Below, in pieces: positions 56,621 to 64,000 of a DNA stretch of 64,000 nucleotides. Position 1 is the stretch's first letter. The number at the start of each line of letters is the position of its first letter. Made by a program: the position numbers and the translations under genes. The notes under the pieces were generated by a model. The model had not been told where the DNA came from and searched no databases. It saw nothing but the letters and a program-made list of their open reading frames with translations. Source of the DNA: Candidatus Aminicenantes bacterium (GTDB taxonomy: Bacteria > Acidobacteriota > Aminicenantia > Aminicenantales > Aminicenantaceae); the NCBI GenBank assembly GCA_029882525.1, contig JAOUKO010000001.1, positions 241 to 64,240 of the forward strand, in the 5' to 3' direction.

Positions 56621-59251
56621 ATGAAAAGTAAGCATATTCATCTGTTTCTTATCCTCATTCTTCTCGCTTTTGTCCTCAACCTTGAGGCGAAACCTGGACC
56701 CCAGAATCTGAATGAATTCATCGCCCAGATTCAAGACTCCATCATGAAAAGAGATCTGGCGGCTTATCTGGAGAATTTTGTCTTTGAGATCAGGGAGATA
56801 GAGGAATCGAAATTCAAGAATATATTCGACCTCTTCGGGATGGAGAGAGTCGTTCTATTCAAGACATCTGAGTTGTCCCAGACAGGAGATGCAGCAGAAA
56901 TCTACCTCCAGGCCTTTTTTCAGAACTCCTTTTCTGTGATCATCGAAACCTGGCATTTGAGCCTTGTCAAGGTTGATGACCTCTGGAAGGTAAAAGAGAA
57001 AAAGATCATGGGCAACATCAGCTCGTTGTACAGGGTTCACATCCCTTCAGATAGAGTGGAAAAGGTCAAATCTTTCGATGTGGAACACAAGGACATTAAA
57101 ATTTCCTTCAGGGATGCTCTGCTCTTTTATGACAACATCCCTGAAATGGAGACAGCTTTGATCGTTGTGGGCAAGGGGCGCCTCCGCTTTTCTCCTTCCA
57201 ATCCAGTAGAAAGATATCAGCTTAAATTATCATACAAAAAAGAATATCTTGAAGACGAGCTGAATTATGTCTACCTCAGGTTCTCGGATCATTTTTTCAG
57301 GGAAAACATAAAAATAGTCAAAGATGCAGACGGGAAAAGCGTGCTGCTGCCTCCTGAAAGAGACGAAGCACAGTCCATATTCGAGAGGCATTACTCTCGT
57401 TCATTCACTGTTGAAAATTCCCTGAATAAAGAGCTGCTTTCGACCCTTCCCCAGGGAGACGAAGTGGTTTTCGAGTTTAAAGGGAAAAAGCTGGGAACTT
57501 TTACCTATATCTATTCTCCCTTCTCGGATGAAGAGATCAATTTGTTCCGCTGGAGAGATGAGAAGATCGTCAATCTCTACTCCCCTGACTCTGGAGAGAA
57601 GGGGAAAAGGATGTTTCTCTCTTTTGTCCAGATGTTCGAAGTTAAGGACTACCAGATTGACCTGGATTTTAAGCCCGATCAGTACTTTCTTTCCGGAAGA
57701 GCAAGGATCATAGTGGAATCCAAGGTCGAATCTCTTGATAGGTTGAAATTCAAGCTGAATCCTGGACTCAGCATTCTCCGTATCACCGATAATGAAAGGC
57801 GGGTTTTGTTCTACAGCCAGGACAAGCTGAGAGAGACACTGTATGTCTATTTTCTCCAGCCTCCTCCCCAAAACGAGCCTTATGCCATCGAGGTTTACTA
57901 TCGAGGAAAGCTCGAGCCGCCCGAACAGATCGCAGATGTGGTTGCTGCTGCTCAGATTTACAAGTGGGGAGGTCGATTCGGTCAGAATATTGTCTTTCTT
58001 CCTCCTGAATACGAGACCTATCTTTTTAGCCGAAGTGCCAACTGGTACCCTGCCCCGTCCGAAAATGATTATTTTCAGGCTCGTTTGAAGATCAGCGTTC
58101 CTTCTCAGTTTCAGTGTATCTCCAACGGAGAGTTGGTAGAGGAAACTTTGTGGAGTGGTCCAGAGAAGGTAAAAAAGTTAGAAAATGCCAAAAGTGCTGT
58201 CTTTGTCTATCAGACGACGCAGCCGGTTAAATACCTGTCTTTTATAGTCGGGAAATTCACCAATGCTGGCGAAGACGCGCAGTCGATTCCCGTCCAGCAT
58301 CTGTATTCATCTGGAATCAATTTCTCTCGAAAGGAAATCCTCAAGGAAGCCAAGAATATCGTGCACTTTTTCGAGGACAGATTCGGACCCTATCCTTACG
58401 GAAAGTTGAGCGTTGTCCGCAGATTATGGATAACCGCTGGGGGGCACAGCCCAGCTTCATTCATCATATTGAATGAGCTGTTTCAGTCCCAGGATGGCTC
58501 TGTGCTGGTTCCAGCGAGGAGTCCTGTTGACCTTTCCCGCTGGAGGGAATATTTCATTGCCCATGAGATCGCTCATCAGTGGTGGGGACAAGCCGTTACC
58601 TGGAAATCCTATCATGACCATTGGCTTAGTGAGGGCTTGGCCCAGTTTGCCGCAGTGCAGTACTTAGCCGAGAAGAACGGAAGGCAAGTATACTCTTCCA
58701 TCTTCGGGAAATTTTCCTACTGGACGGAAAGGAAATCGAAATGGGGACCGATTTCTCTGGGAGCCAGGCTAAGCCTGCATGACCCGTTTGCCTACCACGC
58801 CCTTATCTATAATAAAACAGCTTTGGTCCTGAATATGCTGAAAGACATGCTCGGTGAAAATGCGTTCTATGAGGGATTGAAAGGATTCTATCTCAGGCAC
58901 AGATACAGCGCAGCGAGCACGAGGGATTTCATCAAAGCCATGGAGGATGTGTCAGGTAAAGAACTGGATGTTTTCTTCAAGATGTGGTTCGACTCCTATC
59001 TTCTTCCCGAGGTCGGGGTTTCATACTCTGTACACAAATCAGAAGAGGGGTATATCCTGAAGTTGAAAATCAACCAGAGAAAAGAAACTTTTGTATTCCC
59101 GCTTTGGATAGAATGGCTCGAAGACGGAACAAAAGTTGAGAAGATGGTAGTCATCGACGAGCCGAATGAGGAGTTTGAGATCAAGGCTCAAGGCCACCCA
59201 AGGAGAATCAAGGTCAACCCGGACAAGGCTGTCCCCGGAAAATTCCGTTGA
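56621..59251 (+). CDS. secreted M1-family (aminopeptidase N-like) zinc metallopeptidase
   Basis: 876 aa; signal peptide; HEIAHQWWG followed 18 residues later by WLSEGLAQF (HEXXH-X18-E gluzincin motif). Confidence 0.7.
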   Translation: MKSKHIHLFLILILLAFVLNLEAKPGPQNLNEFIAQIQDSIMKRDLAAYLENFVFEIREIEESKFKNIFDLFGMERVVLFKTSELSQTGDAAEIYLQAFFQNSFSVIIETWHLSLVKVDDLWKVKEKKIMGNISSLYRVHIPSDRVEKVKSFDVEHKDIKISFRDALLFYDNIPEMETALIVVGKGRLRFSPSNPVERYQLKLSYKKEYLEDELNYVYLRFSDHFFRENIKIVKDADGKSVLLPPERDEAQSIFERHYSRSFTVENSLNKELLSTLPQGDEVVFEFKGKKLGTFTYIYSPFSDEEINLFRWRDEKIVNLYSPDSGEKGKRMFLSFVQMFEVKDYQIDLDFKPDQYFLSGRARIIVESKVESLDRLKFKLNPGLSILRITDNERRVLFYSQDKLRETLYVYFLQPPPQNEPYAIEVYYRGKLEPPEQIADVVAAAQIYKWGGRFGQNIVFLPPEYETYLFSRSANWYPAPSENDYFQARLKISVPSQFQCISNGELVEETLWSGPEKVKKLENAKSAVFVYQTTQPVKYLSFIVGKFTNAGEDAQSIPVQHLYSSGINFSRKEILKEAKNIVHFFEDRFGPYPYGKLSVVRRLWITAGGHSPASFIILNELFQSQDGSVLVPARSPVDLSRWREYFIAHEIAHQWWGQAVTWKSYHDHWLSEGLAQFAAVQYLAEKNGRQVYSSIFGKFSYWTERKSKWGPISLGARLSLHDPFAYHALIYNKTALVLNMLKDMLGENAFYEGLKGFYLRHRYSAASTRDFIKAMEDVSGKELDVFFKMWFDSYLLPEVGVSYSVHKSEEGYILKLKINQRKETFVFPLWIEWLEDGTKVEKMVVIDEPNEEFEIKAQGHPRRIKVNPDKAVPGKFR

Positions 59252-59259
59252 GGAAAAAA

Positions 59260-59385
59260 GGGGACAGGCTCTTTTTTCAAAAGAAATGGGACAGTCCCTA
59301 TTTTTCCTAATAAAGGGATTAAAAGGGACAGTCCCAAAAAAAGAGCCTGTCTCCTTTTCTCCAAAAAATTAGCCTGTCCCCTTTT
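59260..59385. repeat. Family-C nested palindrome element, copy 2, between convergent genes
   Basis: GGGACAGGCT, GGGACAGTCCC x2, AGCCTGTC, AGCCTGTCCCC in the same order as 32163-32262; abuts stop codons of both flanking genes. Confidence 0.7.
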
Positions 59386-60769
59386 AAACGATTTCTGTCA
59401 CGTCTATCTTCAGCCTTTTGATCATCTCGTTCAAGGTCGTGGCCTTGACTCCCAAGAGGCTGGCCGCTTTTTTTTGGATTCCGTTGCTCTGCTTGAGAGC
59501 TCTGAGGATAGCCTTTTTCTGAATGGTTTGGAGGTTTTCTTTGAGGTTGAGATCCTGATTGGACAGAGTAAGAGCCAGACCTTTATCCGGGGCGGAAAGG
59601 AGGAAAGGAGGAAGATTGTCTCTGGTGATGAGTTTGGTTTTTGTCAGGACGACCGCTCTCTCGATAAGGTTTTCCAGCTCTCTGATGTTTCCCGGCCAAT
59701 CATAGCTGATCAGGATCTCCATGACATCCGGGGTAACACCCTCGATTTCTTTATTGTTTTCCTGACTGTATATATCCAGAAAGTGTTTGACGAGAAGCGG
59801 AATGTCTTCTTTTCTTTCCCGCAAAGAAGGCAGCTCAATCTTGATGACGTTCAATCGGTAAAAGAGGTCTTGCCGGAATCTGCGTTCCTGTATGAGCACC
59901 TCCAAGTCTGAGTTGGTGGCTGCGACGACTCTCACATCGACCCTGATCGTCTTTGTTCCTCCGAGCCTCATGAATTCCCTCTCCTGCATTACCCGCAGCA
60001 GCTTGGATTGAGTCTCTATGTTGAGAGTGGAGATCTCATCGAAAAAAATGGTCCCGTATTCAGCCGCTTCAAACAGCCCTTTTTTTAAGCTGACGGCGCC
60101 TGTGAACGCTCCTTTGACATGTCCGAAGAGATGACTCTCGAGAAGGTCTGGAGGAAGAGAGCCACTGTTGACGATGATGAAGGGAAAGCTCGCCCGGTCA
60201 CTGTTCTGGTGAATGGCCCTGGCAACAAGTTCTTTACCCGTACCGCTTTCGCCTTGAATGAGGATAGTGCTGCGCGTGGGAGCAGAGGCCTTGATCGTTT
60301 CAAAGACATTCTGCATGACTTTACTTTTTCCGATGATGTTCTCGAAGCTGTATTTTCTTTTGAGCTCGTCCTTTAACTTCAGGTTTTCTTCCTGAAGGTT
60401 CTTATGTTCTATGGCTCTCTTCACCGTCAGCAGTAGCTCATCATGTTTAAAGGGCTTCTGGACGTAGTCGAAGGCCCCTATTTTCATGGCGGAAATCGCT
60501 GATTCCACCGAGGCGTAAGCGGTGATGATGATGATGACAGAACGAGGGTCCCTTTTTTTTAATAATTTCAAAACTTCAATCCCATCCATTCCAGGCATGA
60601 GCAGGTCCAGAAGGATGAGGTCGAACGTCTGGGAGGGATGCTTCTCCAGAGCCTCTTCCCCGTTTGCCGAGTTAACAACGGCGTATCCCTCAGAGGTTAA
60701 GAGTTCACCCAGAACCTCGTGGATGATTGGCTCATCGTCGATGATGTGAATCTTTCCTTTGTGTTCCAT
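59384..60769 (-). CDS. sigma-54-dependent two-component response regulator (NtrC family)
   Basis: REC domain (DDEP...D LILLDLLMPGMDG), GESGTGKE, GAFTGA, C-terminal HTH. Confidence 0.85.
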   Translation of the reverse strand: MEHKGKIHIIDDEPIIHEVLGELLTSEGYAVVNSANGEEALEKHPSQTFDLILLDLLMPGMDGIEVLKLLKKRDPRSVIIIITAYASVESAISAMKIGAFDYVQKPFKHDELLLTVKRAIEHKNLQEENLKLKDELKRKYSFENIIGKSKVMQNVFETIKASAPTRSTILIQGESGTGKELVARAIHQNSDRASFPFIIVNSGSLPPDLLESHLFGHVKGAFTGAVSLKKGLFEAAEYGTIFFDEISTLNIETQSKLLRVMQEREFMRLGGTKTIRVDVRVVAATNSDLEVLIQERRFRQDLFYRLNVIKIELPSLRERKEDIPLLVKHFLDIYSQENNKEIEGVTPDVMEILISYDWPGNIRELENLIERAVVLTKTKLITRDNLPPFLLSAPDKGLALTLSNQDLNLKENLQTIQKKAILRALKQSNGIQKKAASLLGVKATTLNEMIKRLKIDVTEIV

Positions 60770-60775
60770 TTTAGA

Positions 60776-63658
60776 TCAGGATGCCGAGATTTTATTGGTT
60801 TTTCTTTTATTCAAATCCATCGGTATATGTATGGAAAATAAAGAGCCTTTACCGCTCTCGCCTTCCACTGCAATGTGCCCTTCATGCTCTTTGATGATGG
60901 CATAGCTGATGGATAGTCCGAGGCCGGTGCCCTTTCCGAATCCTTTGGTTGTGAAGAAGGGGTCGAAGATATGGGGCCGGTCCTGCTCCTTGATCCCTGT
61001 TCCGGTATCCTCTATCCTTATCACAGCTTCGGTATCCGTTTGATCCAGTTCGATTTTCAGTGTTCCGCCTTCAGGCATGGCATCGATGGCATTGAGGATG
61101 ATATTGAGAAAAACCTGCTGGAGCCTTTCGCCATCAGCCCAGATGAGTTTCAACGGATTCAAACTCAGCTCGAGGTTGATGCTCAGGTTTTTCAATTTGT
61201 ACTCGATCAGAGATATGATCTCTTCGAGGCTTTCTTTAAGGTCGACCTGATGGAAGACGGCCTCGGAAGGATTCCGGGCGAAGTTGAGCAGGTTTTTGAT
61301 AATGCGGGTGACTCTTTCCGTTTGGGCTTCGATCTTTTCCAGAATCTGGGAGTGATGGCCGTCACTCAGCTTTTTCTGGAGGATCTGAACATAGCTTGAG
61401 ATTCCTGTCAGAGGCGTGTTGATCTCATGTGCCACACCCGCTGAGAGGAGCCCGATCGATGCCAGTTTTTCTGAAGTGAGGAGCTGTTGCTGAAGGGAGA
61501 TCTTCTCTGTCACGTCTTCAAAAGCGATGACAGTTCCGTAGGGGTTCATCTGGTTGTCCAACAGGGGTGTTTTGGCGATGTCGAATATTTTCTCTCCTCC
61601 GGCCGGCATTTTTAAAGTGATCTCGCTCAGGAGGCGGAAATCCTTTTGAGAGTCCAGCGGGAAGAGAGCCATGTAGTTTTTCTTCCCCAGGACATCATTC
61701 AACGATTTATTCATGACATCTTCTTTTCTCTTGGAGAAGGTCTCTTCCAAAACGCGATTCCAGCCTATTATCTTTCCCGCCTGGTCGATGACCGCGACTC
61801 CCATGGTCAGACTTTCGATGATGTTCTCGCTGTAGTCTTTCAGCCTTTCCAGCTCTGTAGCTCTTAAACTGGCCTGATTGTACAGGTAAGCGTTTTCCAG
61901 GGCCAAAGCCACTGGAGATGAAATGGTCGAAAGGAGCTCCCAGTCTTCGCTGCCGAGGAAAGTGTTATCCATCTTTTTCCCCATTCCCAGGCAGCCGATG
62001 AGCTTGTCTTCGACTTTCAGCGGCATGTAATGGAAAAAACATGAAGAGGAGAGTTCTTCAAATTTTTTTTGAAGCTCTGTCTTTTCACCAAAAGAATATA
62101 AAGAGAGAAAGTCCTTTTCTTTGAGCTGGTCATAAATTGTGTCATTAAAAGTGATTTTGGTGCCTGCGAAGGATAGTCTTCCCCGGGACTTCAGAATATA
62201 AAAGGTTTTTTCTTCGTTTTCTGCAGGGAGAAGAAGAGCAATGCATTTGAGGGAGAGAGCGTTGGCGATCAGATCCAGCAGAGATTGGGAGAGTTTCTGA
62301 AGGTTTCTTTCCCGGCTGAGCTCTTTGCTGATGGATAGAAGCGTCTTCCTGTATTTGTAACTGCGTTTATAAAATGCCCTATCCAGGACGGATTGGAAGA
62401 GCTTTTTCAAGGGCTGGAAAAGAGTCGCACCCAGGATTATGGCCAGGATCCCGAGGATGAGGGCATAATATCTGTTTTCAGCAAATCCTCTGGTTTGGGA
62501 ACCGACGATGAAATAGATGATGGCCAGAACCACAGAAGAAGATATCAGTGTGATCGCCTTTTTGAGTATCAGCTCAAAATCCATCAGTCTTTGTCTGGAG
62601 ATGGCGTAGGCGAAGGTCAGGGGTATAAGGGCCTGGAGGATGACAGTGAGTTCGGCAGCTTTTGAGGGTATCTGTCCGAACAAAAAGGGCATGATGTAGA
62701 AAAGAATGAAGGGGATGATGCCCGCGCCAAGTCCGTTGACGATCCACTTCAGCTGCTTTTTGACCGTAAGGTTGGCCGGTTCACGCGTGCTGTGAAAGAT
62801 GCTCAGCAGGGTCAGCACGGAGAAGAGGGCAAAATGGCTGAGGTCCAGTTTTTCTGATATGAGCTGCAAGCGGAGCATGAGAGAATCCCTCAGGCTGTTG
62901 AGCAGCGGAAGGTGAAGAATGATCTTTCCTAAAAGGAGAACACCAGCGGGAATGTACAGAATAAAGATGGAGAAGGATCTTTTTTTGAATAATTTTTTTC
63001 TTCTGGGGAAGATCAGGAAGAAATGAAGGAGCAGGGGAGGGAAGACCAGGAAGGCGGATTTATCCAGCCAGTAAAAGACACAATCCAGAGTGTCTAATTT
63101 TCCTGTTGGAGAGAAGATAAAGAAGGAATAGAAGGCCAAGGAAATGAGATAGAAGTAGAGGTAGGGCAGGGACAAGGGTTGCTTGGATGTCAGAAGCACA
63201 ATCAATCCGATGACCAGGGTTCCAAACCCGATAAAAGCAAGGTAGAAATAGATGGGATCAGTGGCTTTTTGTTGGAGGTTGAAAGAAGGGAAAAAGCTTT
63301 CCCCGCCTCTGGCGATTTCATAGGTCACCCTTTGATCAGAAAGGCCTGCCAGCCACAGGCTCTTGGCAATGTCTATCTTGTTTTTTATCGGATTGTTATT
63401 GATAGAATAGAGAACGTCCCCTTTTTTTATGTTGCACAAATAAGCAGGGCTCTTGAATTCGACTTTCAAGGCTGTCAAACCCTCTGACTTGGCTATCCAG
63501 ATGACGCCGTCTGTGTACTCTCTCCAGGCGATTTTTTGGGAGATATTCAAGCCACCTAAGCCAAGCAGAAGAAGGATGGGCAGGACGGCCAGGATGATGT
63601 TTATTCTGTTGGAGATTTTTTCCCGGGGCTTTTTTAAAAATCCAAAAAATTGAATCAT
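60776..63658 (-). CDS. multi-pass membrane sensor histidine kinase (N-terminal periplasmic domain, about 8 TM, GAF, PAS, HisKA, HATPase)
   Basis: 960 aa; H-box GVAHEINTPL, N/G-box motifs near C-terminus; immediately upstream of sigma-54 RR. Confidence 0.8.
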   Translation of the reverse strand: MIQFFGFLKKPREKISNRINIILAVLPILLLLGLGGLNISQKIAWREYTDGVIWIAKSEGLTALKVEFKSPAYLCNIKKGDVLYSINNNPIKNKIDIAKSLWLAGLSDQRVTYEIARGGESFFPSFNLQQKATDPIYFYLAFIGFGTLVIGLIVLLTSKQPLSLPYLYFYLISLAFYSFFIFSPTGKLDTLDCVFYWLDKSAFLVFPPLLLHFFLIFPRRKKLFKKRSFSIFILYIPAGVLLLGKIILHLPLLNSLRDSLMLRLQLISEKLDLSHFALFSVLTLLSIFHSTREPANLTVKKQLKWIVNGLGAGIIPFILFYIMPFLFGQIPSKAAELTVILQALIPLTFAYAISRQRLMDFELILKKAITLISSSVVLAIIYFIVGSQTRGFAENRYYALILGILAIILGATLFQPLKKLFQSVLDRAFYKRSYKYRKTLLSISKELSRERNLQKLSQSLLDLIANALSLKCIALLLPAENEEKTFYILKSRGRLSFAGTKITFNDTIYDQLKEKDFLSLYSFGEKTELQKKFEELSSSCFFHYMPLKVEDKLIGCLGMGKKMDNTFLGSEDWELLSTISSPVALALENAYLYNQASLRATELERLKDYSENIIESLTMGVAVIDQAGKIIGWNRVLEETFSKRKEDVMNKSLNDVLGKKNYMALFPLDSQKDFRLLSEITLKMPAGGEKIFDIAKTPLLDNQMNPYGTVIAFEDVTEKISLQQQLLTSEKLASIGLLSAGVAHEINTPLTGISSYVQILQKKLSDGHHSQILEKIEAQTERVTRIIKNLLNFARNPSEAVFHQVDLKESLEEIISLIEYKLKNLSINLELSLNPLKLIWADGERLQQVFLNIILNAIDAMPEGGTLKIELDQTDTEAVIRIEDTGTGIKEQDRPHIFDPFFTTKGFGKGTGLGLSISYAIIKEHEGHIAVEGESGKGSLFSIHIPMDLNKRKTNKISAS

Positions 63659-63682
63659 TTTTGCAAAAAATATATGGTGGAT

Positions 63683-63964
63683 TTAGTCCAAAACGTGTTT
63701 TGCTCCGGCTCGGATGGCCCATTTGATGCTGGGCTGCTTCAACAGTTTTTCCAGCATCGGGTCCATTTTTAACCCCAGAGTTCTTGCATTTCTGGATAAA
63801 ATGGTGTTCATGTAGTCATATTTGGGCTTTTTTTCGGGAACATTCTGGGGATACGCCGGATTCTTGGTCAGAGAAACCCCCTTTGAGGAGAGAGTACTGG
63901 GAGGCGCGAAAACCAGCGCCATGAAGAAAAAGAAAACGATTCCCAGGGTTATTTTTTTCCGCAT
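63683..63964 (-). CDS. small exported protein, hypothetical (first gene of HK/RR operon)
   Basis: 93 aa with N-terminal signal peptide; 24 bp upstream of HK gene. Confidence 0.3.
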   Translation of the reverse strand: MRKKITLGIVFFFFMALVFAPPSTLSSKGVSLTKNPAYPQNVPEKKPKYDYMNTILSRNARTLGLKMDPMLEKLLKQPSIKWAIRAGAKHVLD

Positions 63965-64000
63965 TTACTCTTTAAAAATAAATCTTTCATCCTCATTTGT

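Noticed and set aside
1-64000. Search for tRNA/rRNA genes and CRISPR arrays
   Set aside because: I found no T-loop (GGTTCGAATCC-like) context with acceptor stems, no rRNA-like segments and no short direct repeats with unique spacers. The repeat families present are dispersed, not arrayed.

Overview
This window reads as a chromosomal housekeeping region from a bacterium with roughly 50% GC. It appears to be diderm (PpiD/SurA-like chaperone, MacA-type adaptor, lipoproteins, SLH domain) and uses sigma-54. About 58 CDS tile both strands with short overlaps typical of operons. I found no rRNA, tRNA, CRISPR array or obvious IS/transposase gene.

Recognisable genes, in order:
- pyrF-pyrD-pyrK (pyrimidine biosynthesis), a class I aminotransferase, ppdK
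- a TPR lipoprotein, an HDAC-like deacetylase, cutA, an M20 peptidase, pgsA, a TPR+SLH envelope protein
- hflX, miaA
- a YknWXY-like Yip1/ABC-ATPase/membrane-fusion trio with no FtsX permease
- a suhB-like IMPase, an M48-like protein with a degenerate zinc motif, accC-accB
- ffh, rpsP, a KH protein, rimM (apparent frameshift in a T9 run), trmD, rplS, rnhB
- a 954-aa TPR protein with a ~250-aa E/R/K-rich helix, a sigma-54 activator with a GAF domain
- NhaC, isoaspartyl dipeptidase, an acyltransferase-like ORF, an aminopeptidase-like ORF, a PpiD-like chaperone, an acyl-CoA dehydrogenase, a HIT protein
- ihf/HU, rpsA, ispH, scpB, scpA, trpS, an M50 protease
- a four-gene NuoE / NuoF-GltD fusion / NuoG-N-terminal-like ferredoxin / GltB-FMN-domain cluster
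- speH, a secreted M1-family peptidase, a sigma-54 response regulator plus a large multi-TM histidine kinase

The most unusual gene content is the NuoEF-GltD-GltB cluster. Its architecture matches the HydABC/Bfu-type flavin-based electron-bifurcating module, but with a glutamate-synthase FMN subunit where a hydrogenase or formate dehydrogenase catalytic domain would normally sit.

The intergenic DNA is also notable. It carries at least three repeat families:
- Family A is a ~170-bp element with a conserved 20-bp-stem hairpin. It occurs five times, each time just upstream of, and co-oriented with, the next gene.
- Family B-GC is a GC-rich MITE with TA/TTA target duplication, found nested inside family A copies.
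- Family B is a ~400-bp MITE with ~40-bp terminal inverted repeats. Family C is a nested-palindrome element (GGGACAGGCT ... GGGACWGTCCC x2 ... AGCCTGTCCC) found twice, both times beside sigma-54 activator genes.
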